Of a stretch of DNA of 64,000 bases, positions 18,641-28,355 are shown one piece after another (positions within the stretch are counted from its first letter, which is position 1; every line of letters starts with the position of its first letter). The position numbers and the translations under genes are program-made. The notes under the pieces were generated by a model. That model was not told where the DNA came from. It worked only from the letters and a program-made list of their open reading frames with translations, and did not search any database. The stretch comes from an uncultured Gemmatimonadales bacterium (lineage in GTDB: Bacteria > Gemmatimonadota > Gemmatimonadetes > Gemmatimonadales > GWC2-71-9). Where the stretch lies: assembly GCA_963798915.1 (NCBI GenBank), contig CAWCVB010000002.1:288001-352000 (forward strand). Reading direction: 5' to 3'.

Positions 18641-21324
18641 CTACTGCCTTACCCGGGCGAGCTTGGCGGCCGTTTCCGTCCACCACCCGAGCACCACGTC
18701 AACCCTCGCCCGCGGCGGGGCCTTGATGAACAGGAAGTGCAGGCCGTCCGGAGAGACGTCAAAGGCATCCGCTTGGGAGTCACGGAAATACCGGCTGGCG
18801 TCGAACAGCCGCTGCGACGACCCGGCCGGGTTCGGCTTGCGCTCGTCCATTGGGGTGGCCATGACTATGGACTGGCCGTCCAGATAGAAAAGCTGCCGGC
18901 CATCGCGCGCCCAGATCGGGCTCGTGCCGCCGGCGTTCGACACCTGGATCCGCGCACCGCCGTCCGGGAACGGCGTGAGATACACCTCGTCGCGTCCCGA
19001 CGCGTCCGAGGTGTACGCCAGCCAGTGCCCGTCCGGTGAAACGGCGGGATTGCGTTCGTCGGCACGGGTCGTGACCAATGGACGCGCGCTGGTATCGCCT
19101 TTGGCCGCCGCGAAGATGTCGCGCCGCGTGCGACCATCGTCATAGCCCTCGCGGAACGCGAAGTCGTGGCCGGCGGCCGGCCAACTGACCTCTTGCACGT
19201 GCCTCGCGCGCGCCAGGACCAGGCGGAGCGTGTCGCTGCCGTCAACGGGGACCGAGAATAGCTGGCGCAAGCCGCTGCTGCTCCCATGGTCACTGGAGAA
19301 GAACAGGCGGCGTCCGTCCGGCGTCCACGCCGGGCGGAACGAGTAATCGCCGGTGGAGGTGAGTCGTGAGAACGTGCGCCGCCGCAGGTCGTACACCCAG
19401 ATAGTGGACGTCGTACCGGACGGGTCTCCGACCGCAGCGGCGATCTGCTCGCCGCTGGGCGAGAGCGCCACGCCGAGATAGGGTCGGGCGAGCGTCGAGT
19501 CCACGATGGTCTCGACGCCCTCGCGGGACACCCATGTGAGCAGCGAGACCGCGCTGGTCGCCGGCTGGTAGAATAATGTCCCGTCGCGGCCCACCGCCGC
19601 GGCCATGCCTCCGTCCGCGGTGTACACCCCCGTCAGCACGGGGACGGACGTGCCGCTCACGCGATGGCCATCGAACGGTTGGGCCTGCACCGATCCATCA
19701 GCGGTTGCGTAGAGCAGCCAGCCATCGCGAACTGCCAGCGGCAGCAGGCCGGCCACGAGCTTGGTCCGCGTGCCAGCCCGCAGGTCGAACGCCACGATCC
19801 AGCCGTTCGCGAGGGAGCCGACCCCACGGGTCGCCGCCAGCAGTGTTCGGCCATCGTCGAGCATGAGTGGATACTGCAGACCGCCGCTCCCCGTAGCCGA
19901 CACGCTGTCGGCGGAAATGGTCGCGACGTCCTCGGTCGGTCCGCCGGTGGCCGGAATGCGCGCGATCGCAGTGCCGGCGTCACCGTGGCAATAATAGATG
20001 TAGCCGTCCGTTGCCCACGACACGCCGCATTTGCCGGACGCGTCCCTCGTCAACAGCGCCGGTGCGCGTCCGTCCACGCCAATGGTGTGGAACTCCTTGG
20101 ACCGTGTGGTGTACGCGATGCTTCTGCCGTCAGGTGAAAAGGTCACGTCACCTGCCGAGGCCGTTCCCGGCAGCAATTCCGAGGTGTCGCGGTCCATCCA
20201 ACGCACCCGGATACCCGGGCTGGCCCCGCCAAAGTCGGAATAAGCCAATGCCCGGCCGTCAGGCGACACAGCCGGCTGCGTGGTCGATCCCACCACCGTG
20301 GATGCACCCGACAGGGAAAAGCGCACGACGCGCAGCGCCGGCGAGGGCCGATGGAGCGCGTATCCCACCGCGCCCGCCGCCACCAGCATCGCGGCCACGG
20401 CGGCGTACCGCCACCACCGCGCGCCGCGCTGGCCGGTCGACGCCGCGGAGAACGGGCTGGCCGTGGTTCCGGCGAACGACGGGTTCTCGAGCGCGTCGGC
20501 GAACGCCTTCGCGCTGTCGAAGCGATCCGCCGGCAGCTTCTCCAGCGCCTTCGCGACGCGCCGCCGCCACGTTCGGCGGCACCGACTTGCGGAGCTCGGT
20601 CACCGGCGCGCGCGTGCTCGGTCATGATCTTCATGATGATCTGCTGCGCCGAGCCGCCCGACGTGCGGCGGCTGGCCCGGCGAGCATCTCGTACAGCACG
20701 CTCGCCGAGCGAGTAGAGTCGCTGCGGCCGTGATCTCCTTCTCGGCCGTGGCCTGCTCGGGGCTCATGTAGTGCGGCGTGCCGAGCGAGCAGCCCGGTCT
20801 CGGTCATGCGGCCGCCCGCCGCGGCGCTCACCGCGAGCGCGATGCCGAAGTCGGCCACCATCGGCCGGCCGTCGTGCAGCAGGATGTTCTCCGGCTTGAT
20901 GTCGCGGTGGATCACGCCCGTGCCGGTGCGCGTAGTCGCAGCGCGTCGGCCACCTCGGTCGTGATGCCGCACCGCCTCATCGATGCCGAGCTGCGGTCTC
21001 GCGGTCGAGCTTGCTCGCGGAGCGTCTCGCCGTCGATGAACGGCATCACGTAGTAGAGGAAGCCCGTCGCGCCGTCGCCGCTGAATCGAAGAGCGGCAGG
21101 ATGTGCGGATGCTGCAGCGCCGCGGTGGTCTTGATCTCCAGCACGAACCGCTCGGCGCCGAGCACGGCGGCGAGCTCGGGCTTAGCACCTTGAGCGCGAC
21201 CTGGCGATCGTGCTTCAGGTCTCGGCGAGATAGACGGTGGCCATGCCGCCTGGCCGAGCTCGCGCTCGATGCGGTAGCGGTCGGCGAGGGCCGAGACGAG
21301 CGGGCGCGCGCGGGGGGCCGTCAC
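18641..21324 (-). pseudogene. Ser/Thr kinase K5 with PD40 propeller; kinase part has many frameshifts (pseudogene or sequence error)
   Basis: Fragments ALADRYRIERELG, AALQHPHILPLFDS, HRDIKPENILLHDGRPMVADFG in different frames; propeller ORF 18641..20398 is intact. Confidence 0.8.
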
Positions 21325-23987
21325 TGGTGCGCCTTCGCCGCCGCGAGCAGCGCCCGCCACTGGTCGACGTAGACGACGCGCGCCCTCGCCGACCCGGCGT
21401 CGCGCTTCTCCAGCATCAGGAAGTCGCCTCCGGGCAGCACGTCGTACGCGACGGCGCCGAGGCCCTGTTCGAAGCGGTCCATGGAGAAGAGGGCGCGCCG
21501 GGAGCGCACGGTGAACCCGGCGCCGGTCGTCACCTCGGAGGCCATGAGGCTGTCGCCGCCGATGTAGAACAGCTCGCGGCCGTCGCGGGACCAGCGGGGC
21601 GTCCTTCCACCGCCGGCAGAGACCTGCCAGAGGTCGGCGCGCGAGGGGTCGGTGGACCGGACGTACATTTCGCCCTCGGATGCGTACGCCAGCCAGCGCC
21701 CGTCGGGCGAGGGACGGGGGGAGTGTACGCGCGCCGGCAAGACCGACGATCAGGCCCGGTCGGCGGCGGTGGGCTGGTCGAGGGAGTGGGCGTAGATGGC
21801 GCTCCGGCCGGGCTGGAATCTCAGGTAATAGAGCGTGCGGCCGTCCGCCGAGGGTGCCGGGCTCCGACGTTCATCGCCGTATCACGCACGACGCTGCGCG
21901 GAGGCGATGCGCTGCCCACCGTCGCCTGGAAGATCTCGCCCACCTGGGCATCGTTGGCGGCGAAGAACAGAGTTGCGCCCGTCGGCGCTGAAGGCCGGAG
22001 CGCTCGTCACGGTCGCGGGGACCGTGATCCGGCTGGCGGCGCCGCTGCGCAGATCGCGCACCAGGATGTCCCAGGTTCCAAGCTCGACCGAGGCTGCTGC
22101 GCGAGTGCCATCGCGCGAGGCCGCGACGTCGCGGGCGTACCCCACCCACGTGGAGTCGAGGAGCGCCACGGCACCGTCGCGGCGGACGCGCGCGAAGCTC
22201 AGCCGGGGCGTGTGCGAGCCGCCCGTCGCGAACACGAGCTGCCCGCTCCGCGCGACGGCGATCTGCGGGAACGCGTCGGTGCCGATCATGGTCCCCACCG
22301 TAAGGGGCACGGGCGCGCCCGTGATGCGGCGCTTCGCCGCGTCGAAGGGCACGGCCACCAGCGTGCTGTCCGGCCGCACGACCAGGAGATATCCCGGATT
22401 CAGGTAGCGGGCCCAGAAGCCGGGCGTGAGCAGTCGGTGGCGTCCCGTGGCGGGGTCGGACACGGCGATCCGGAAACGCGAGTTGTCGCCGTAGTTGCGC
22501 GGTATCACCACGAACAGGACAGCCTTTCCGCCCGGGAGCGGGCTGCCGCCCGTGTGGAAGACCTCGCCGGCTGCGGCATCCAGGCGGGTGACCTGCTCCC
22601 ACGCGACACCGCGCACGGGCACCCGCAGGATTCCGGCGTGGCCGCTGACGAGCAGGTGGTCGTTATCCGCCCACTCGATGACCGAAAAGCTGGGCAGCGT
22701 ATCGGTCACCGTCGTGACGGGTCCGCCGGTGGGCGACACCAGGCGCAGCGCATGACCCTCGAGAAACGCCACCCGGCGCCCATCCGGCGAGACCGCCGGA
22801 TAGCTCGCGCTGTCGGTGCCAGGCAGCGGCCGCGGATCCAGCGCGTCCGCGTCCCGGACCCAGAGCCCGGTTCCTGCCGAGGCGCGCGCTACGTAGACCA
22901 GCCTCGATCCGTCCGGCGAGAGCGCGAAGGAGCCCTCGGGAAGTGCGCTGTCGGGAAACGAGAGCGTCGCGAGCCAGGGGTGGTCGCCGGCCGCCGCCGA
23001 CAGCGGATTGGTACGCCCCACGCCGCCGGCTCCCCGCCTCCAGCCCCACGCCGCCGCGGCCAGGGCAATCAGAGCGATCACGGCCGAGGCGCTCGTCGCC
23101 CGGTGCCGCCGCCAACCATCCGGACGCCCTGGACCGGTAGCGCGGGCCCGGAAGGAATGGGTCGTCAGCGCACCGGCGAACTCCGCCGCGGCGCCGAAGC
23201 GGTCGGCCGGCAGCTTCTCCAGCGCGGTATGGACCGCCGCTTCTACGTACGCCGGCACGCTGCGGCGCCGCGTCGCCAGCGGCTTCGGCTTCTCCGTGAT
23301 CACCTGCGCCACGATCGCCTGGGCGGTGGGGCCGGTGAATGGCGGCTCGCCGGCGAGCATCTCGTAGGTGACCGCGCCGAGCGCATAGATGTCGGAGCGC
23401 GGCCCGATCCCCCGCTCGCCCATGGCCTGCTCGGGGCTCATGTACTGCGGCGTGCCGAGCGAGAGGCCGGTCTGGGTCATGCGCTGCCCACCGGCCTGCT
23501 GCACGGCGAGCGCTATCCCGAAGTCCGCTACCAGGGCATGCCCGTTCTGGAGGAGGATGTTCTCGGGCTTCACGTCGCGGTGCACCACGCCCCGCTCATG
23601 TGCGTACTGCAGTGCGTCCGCGACTTCGGTGGCGATGCGCACCGCGTCGCTCACGGGAAGCTGCTGCTCGCGCTCGAGGCGGGCGCGGAGCGTCTCCCCC
23701 TCTACCAACGGCATCACGTAGTAGAGGAAACCATCGGCCGAGCCGCTGTCGAACAGCGGCAGGATGTGCGGGTGCTGCAGCGACGCGGTCAGCTCGATCT
23801 CCCTGAGGAAACGCTCCGGCCCCAACATCGCCGAGAGCTCCGGGTGGAGGACCTTGATCGCGACACGCCGGCGGTGCTTGAGGTCCTGGGCCAGGTATAC
23901 CGTGGCCATCCCGCCCTGGCCCAACTCGCGCTCGATGCGGTAGCGGTCGGCCAGGGCCGCGGCGAGTCGTTCCGGGGCGTCGCTCAT
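21321..23987 (-). CDS. Ser/Thr kinase K6 with PD40 propeller; several frameshifts at ~21730-21975
   Basis: Intact kinase (HRDVKPEN); propeller continues across frames to SPDGRWLAY...YDVLPGGDFLML. Confidence 0.82.
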
Positions 23988-26692
23988 TGCTTCACCTTTG
24001 CCGTGAGGTCGGCAAAGAAGTGCTCGACCAGCACCAGGTCCTGGCCCCGCTCGCGGTCGGGCCGACGGATCATCACAAAGTGGCTGTCGTCCGGCGCGAC
24101 GTCATACTGCGGGCGGTTGACCGCGTTGGCATACGCCGTCACCGGGAAGAGCGCGCGGGCACTGCCGGGGGAGAATCCGGCGCCGGGCGCCACCGGAAGG
24201 CTCATCAAGCGGCCGTGGCTCCGAAAGAAGAGCTCGCGTCCGTTGTGGGCCCATCGGGGCTCGCTGCCGCCACCCTGCGAGATGGGATACTTCACCTGCA
24301 TGTCGGGAAATGAGGCGACATAGACCTCCGAGGAGCCCGAGTGATCCGAGGTGAAGGCCAGCCATCGGCTGTCGGGCGAGAGGGCGATCTGGGTGTTGAA
24401 GCTGCTGTCGGAGTAGATCATGTGGAGGGTAGTGTCGCCCCTCAGGCGCCGAGCGTGAATGACGCCGAACGAGGCCTGATCATCGGCCCGCACTACCAGC
24501 CATTCCCCATCGCGACTGAATTCCGCCTCCCAGATGCCGGCGTCGATGTGGAGCAGGAGCCGGGGGGGCGCGCTGCCATCGAGCGGGGCCTGGTAGACTT
24601 CGTTTGCGCCCGCGTTCGACGAGAGGCCGTTGGTGGTCGTGAAGGCAAAGCTGCGCCCATCCGCAGACCAGCTCGGGCGCCAGCTTCCGAGGTCACCACG
24701 GGAAATCCGCAGGCGGGACCCATCTTGGCGGCGGACCCAGAGCTGGGTCACGCCCTCGCGCACGCTGACGGCGAGGGCCTTGCCATCGGGGGAGAGCGCG
24801 GGATACTCGAAGTTTCCCGTCCAGTCCGGCGCGAAGGGTTGCTCGGTGCCGTCGCGCGAGACCCGGACGAGGGTCGACTTCCGGAGATCCTGGGTACCAA
24901 ACGACAGGAGCGCCGTGCCCGATGCCGACAGGGCCAGGCCATTCGGCGCCACGCCATCGGCGATCGAGATCGCGCCCGAGGTAACGGTCATGCGCTTCAG
25001 ATCGAACCCAACCGCATAGAGGCCGCCATCCCGACTGGTGTAGAGCAGGTGTCCGGTGGGGGAGTACCAGCCGCCCGTGGCATTGGGCACCAGGAGCCGG
25101 GTCGTGTCGCGCGCAATATCAAAGACGTAGACCGCCGAGCCGCTGGCGCAGTTGCCTGGGCAACCGGTGAACAGCAAGCCGCGGCTTCCCGGAAGCGCGG
25201 TCAGCACCGATGGATCATCACGGTGCCCAACAGTCGCGGGGCGCAATGTCGTGACCGGTCCCCCATCGCCGGGGACACGCGCCAGGGCGTTGGCGACATC
25301 AATGAAGGCGACGGTCCCGTCGTCGAGCCAGGCGCCGACCGGATAGGTCTCGTTCGCCGAACTGGCGAGCTGAATCGATCCCCCACCAGAGACACGAACC
25401 TTCCGGAGGATGCCGCCATGGACGAAGTATCCGATCCAGTTGCCATCGGGCGAGAAGAAGGGTCCCGACGCACCCTCCGTTCCGTCGATCGCCGTGGGCC
25501 GGGCTTCGTTGCGTCTCTTGAGGAACAGCCGTGTCTCGTCGCCGATCGAATCCGAGAAGACGATATTTTCCCCATCGGGTGAGATGGCGACCCGGGTCTC
25601 GGTCCGCACTGAACTGGGGAGCAGGAAGTCAGGATACGGGGTATTCCAGAGCAACACCCGCTGGCGGCTGGGCAGCATCACGGCGCCCGGACGCAACCAG
25701 CCCCAGAGGGCTGCGGCGCCGAGCAGGAGGGCCAGCACTGGAAACACATACTGCATGCGCCGACTGGTTGGCGGCGGCGGCATCGGCCGCGGCATCGTCC
25801 GGCGGCTGGTGGTGCCGCTATCGCTGAGCGCTGCGGCGAACTCCGCCGCTGAGGAATAGCGGTCGGCCGGCAGCTTCTCGAGCGCCGTAAACACCGCCGC
25901 CTCAACCCCGGGCGGCACGCTCTTGCGCTGGAGCGTGAGCGGGCGCGGCTCCTCCGTCATCACCCGCGCAATGATCGCCTGGGCGGTGGGACCATTGAAT
26001 GGCGGCTCACCCACCAGCATCTCGTAGGTGATGCAGCCCAGGGCATACACGTCGCTGCGGGCGGTGATTTCCCGCTCACCCATGGCCTGCTCAGGGCTCA
26101 TGTAGTGCGGGGTGCCGAGACTCATGCCGGTCTCGGTCATCCGGGTACCGGCGCCACTGCTGGCGGCGAGCGCAATGCCAAAATCGGCCACCAGTGCGCT
26201 GCCGTCATGCAGCAGGATATTCTCGGGCTTGATGTCGCGATGGATCACACTGTGCCGATGGGCGTAATCCAGCGCGCTCGCCACTTCGGTGGCGATCCGC
26301 ACCGCGTCACCGATCGGCAACTGTTTCTCCCGGGTGATCCGCTCGCGCAGCGATTCGCCCTCGACGTACGGCATCACGTAGTATAGGAAGTCGACGGTCG
26401 ACGGTCGACTGTCGACTGTTGACCGTGGACCCTCGACCGCTGCCACACCCGAATCGATCAGCGCCAGGATATGCGGGTGCTGCAGGTTGGCGGTGGTCCG
26501 GATCTCGGCCAGAAACCGCTCGGCGCCGATGACCGCGGCCAGCTCGGGTCGCAGGACCTTGATGGCCACCTTGCGGTGGTGCTTCAGGTCTTCGGCGAGA
26601 TAGACCGTCGCCATGCCGCCCGCGCCCAACTCGCGCTCGATGGCGTACCGGTTGGCGAGGGCGCTGGAAAGGCGGCTGAGCGCGTCAGTCAT
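23984..26692 (-). CDS. Ser/Thr kinase K7 with PD40 propeller (first gene of the array)
   Basis: MTDALSRLSSALANRY start; full kinase motifs; SPDG repeats. Confidence 0.92.
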   Translation of the reverse strand: MTDALSRLSSALANRYAIERELGAGGMATVYLAEDLKHHRKVAIKVLRPELAAVIGAERFLAEIRTTANLQHPHILALIDSGVAAVEGPRSTVDSRPSTVDFLYYVMPYVEGESLRERITREKQLPIGDAVRIATEVASALDYAHRHSVIHRDIKPENILLHDGSALVADFGIALAASSGAGTRMTETGMSLGTPHYMSPEQAMGEREITARSDVYALGCITYEMLVGEPPFNGPTAQAIIARVMTEEPRPLTLQRKSVPPGVEAAVFTALEKLPADRYSSAAEFAAALSDSGTTSRRTMPRPMPPPPTSRRMQYVFPVLALLLGAAALWGWLRPGAVMLPSRQRVLLWNTPYPDFLLPSSVRTETRVAISPDGENIVFSDSIGDETRLFLKRRNEARPTAIDGTEGASGPFFSPDGNWIGYFVHGGILRKVRVSGGGSIQLASSANETYPVGAWLDDGTVAFIDVANALARVPGDGGPVTTLRPATVGHRDDPSVLTALPGSRGLLFTGCPGNCASGSAVYVFDIARDTTRLLVPNATGGWYSPTGHLLYTSRDGGLYAVGFDLKRMTVTSGAISIADGVAPNGLALSASGTALLSFGTQDLRKSTLVRVSRDGTEQPFAPDWTGNFEYPALSPDGKALAVSVREGVTQLWVRRQDGSRLRISRGDLGSWRPSWSADGRSFAFTTTNGLSSNAGANEVYQAPLDGSAPPRLLLHIDAGIWEAEFSRDGEWLVVRADDQASFGVIHARRLRGDTTLHMIYSDSSFNTQIALSPDSRWLAFTSDHSGSSEVYVASFPDMQVKYPISQGGGSEPRWAHNGRELFFRSHGRLMSLPVAPGAGFSPGSARALFPVTAYANAVNRPQYDVAPDDSHFVMIRRPDRERGQDLVLVEHFFADLTAKVKQ
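26390..26438. repeat. Heptamer tandem repeat (GTCGACG-like x7) in frame inside kinase K7
   Basis: gtcgacg gtcgacg gtcgact gtcgact gttgacc gtggacc ctcgacc; encodes VEGPRSTVDSRPSTVD. Confidence 0.85.
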
Positions 26693-26849
26693 GGGGTAGA
26701 CAAGCGCGTCGCTGAAGCCGCGAGGCCGATTACATAGCCATCGGCGAGCGCGTCGGGGTGACGTGCCAGGAGGTCGGTCAGTCCAGGGTCCGGATTGGGA
26801 TGCTTGAAGGTGGGGCTGAGGACCTGTTTCCGCTAGGTAAGCCGCCCTG

Positions 26850-27239
26850 TCAGTTGGCCAAGGGCGGCTCCCAGAGTTCGATCCGGTTGCCTTCCGGGTC
26901 CATGACCCAGCCGAACCGGCCGAACTCCGACGCGTCAGTGCGGCTGTCAACGTCGCAGCCACCGGCCCGCAGCGCTGCCAGCGCCTCATCCAGGTCTTCC
27001 ACCCGGTAGTTGATCATGAAGGGCGCGCTGCCGGGGTCGAAATAGCCGGTATCGGCCGGGAAAATGCTCCAGGCTGTCCCGGTCTGGCGGCCGGCCGGAC
27101 TGGACGGTGCGCCATCGAAGGACACGCCGCCCCACGTGCCGATCTCGAGTCCGAGGTGCGCGCGGTACCACTCGCGCAGCGCCTCTGGATCCCGGGCTTT
27201 GAAGAAAATCCCGCCGATGCCCACCACTCGAATACTCAT
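26850..27239 (-). CDS. VOC/glyoxalase family protein
   Basis: GIGGIFFKARDP..L..WY, FMINYRV.DL, GRFGWVMDPEGNRIELWEP. Confidence 0.9.
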   Translation of the reverse strand: MSIRVVGIGGIFFKARDPEALREWYRAHLGLEIGTWGGVSFDGAPSSPAGRQTGTAWSIFPADTGYFDPGSAPFMINYRVEDLDEALAALRAGGCDVDSRTDASEFGRFGWVMDPEGNRIELWEPPLAN

Positions 27240-27386
27240 GGCAGCCTCACCTTGAATCGGTACACTACTGGCAAGCCGAGCGAGTCCTCTCCCACCGCGC
27301 AGACGTGATCATCGTGAAAGGCCAGCTGCGAACCCGCCTCGCGCACGGTATCTTCGCTCGCTTTCAGCTTTCAGCCCGCTCACGCC

Positions 27387-28157
27387 TTACGCCTCTCCAT
27401 ATAACTTCCCTGGCTCCAGCCCCGCCAGCTCCACCAGAAAGCTGCTGAGCCAGGCGACTACGTCACGGAGGAAGCGCTCACCCTTCTCCGACGAGGCCGC
27501 CAGCGGGTTGCCGACGCCGGTATCGTCGGTGACCTCGACCCAATGCCGCGGTGTCCAGGCCGAGCCGTCGCGGAAGGCTCGGATGGTGAACGCGCGGGCC
27601 GTGCCGGGGCCGGCGCTCGAGAGCGGTCGCACCAGCATGGGCGCCAGGTGCTGCATGACGCTGGTCTCGAGTTCGCCGGCGTGGTCGCCCGCGTCAGTGA
27701 AGTAGTCGGCCGGGTTGATGGCATTGTACCAGTTGGCCTGGCAGAGCAGCATATCGGTTTCCGGCCCAAGCTCCCGGATGATCTGCCGGAAATCATTGCC
27801 GCCGTGCCCGTTGAGGATCACCAGCTTGCGGATGCCGTGCGCGCCGAGGGAGGGGAGCAGGTCCCGGATGACCGCCAGCTGGGTGGACGGATTCATGTTG
27901 AGGCAAAGCGGAATCTCGCGTTGCCCGGTCTGCACGCCGAACGGTATGGTCGGCAGCACCACGACACGCGCACCCTTGCTCCACGCATCCGCCGCGGCGC
28001 GCAGCGCCACAGCCTCGACCTGGATGGTGTCGGTTCCATAGGGCAGGTGACGGTTATGCGCTTCAGTGGCGCCCCACGGGAGCACGGCGACATCGAATGG
28101 CGCCCTGCGGAGGTCTTCCCAGCAGGCTTCCGCGACGACATAGGGGCGAGCGGTCAT
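27387..28157 (-). CDS. Creatininase family amidohydrolase
   Basis: PWGATEAHNRHLPYGTD, NGHGGN, HAGELETS. Confidence 0.9.
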   Translation of the reverse strand: MTARPYVVAEACWEDLRRAPFDVAVLPWGATEAHNRHLPYGTDTIQVEAVALRAAADAWSKGARVVVLPTIPFGVQTGQREIPLCLNMNPSTQLAVIRDLLPSLGAHGIRKLVILNGHGGNDFRQIIRELGPETDMLLCQANWYNAINPADYFTDAGDHAGELETSVMQHLAPMLVRPLSSAGPGTARAFTIRAFRDGSAWTPRHWVEVTDDTGVGNPLAASSEKGERFLRDVVAWLSSFLVELAGLEPGKLYGEA

Positions 28158-28355
28158 GCGGATGGGAACTCCTGTGCGTGGACGGTGCCGGGACAGCCGG
28201 TCCCGGCGCGAGTATCATGCGCCGATGCGTGGTCAACTCAATCTTGGCCGATCACTTTCACGAATACCAGTGCGTGAGCCGAAGCGCTTGACGCTTTCCC
28301 CGTTGGGCGTGAACTTCCGCCACACCCTCGCCACCCGCCCTCTCTGGATCACATC

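Noticed and set aside
21237..24323. 1028-aa plus-strand ORF (also 8550..10376 and 55937..58105)
   Set aside because: Antisense to well-supported genes; long stop-free frames are expected at this GC content.
7698..26692. Diversity-generating retroelement or shufflon behind kinase variation
   Set aside because: No reverse transcriptase, recombinase or TR/VR pair seen in the window.
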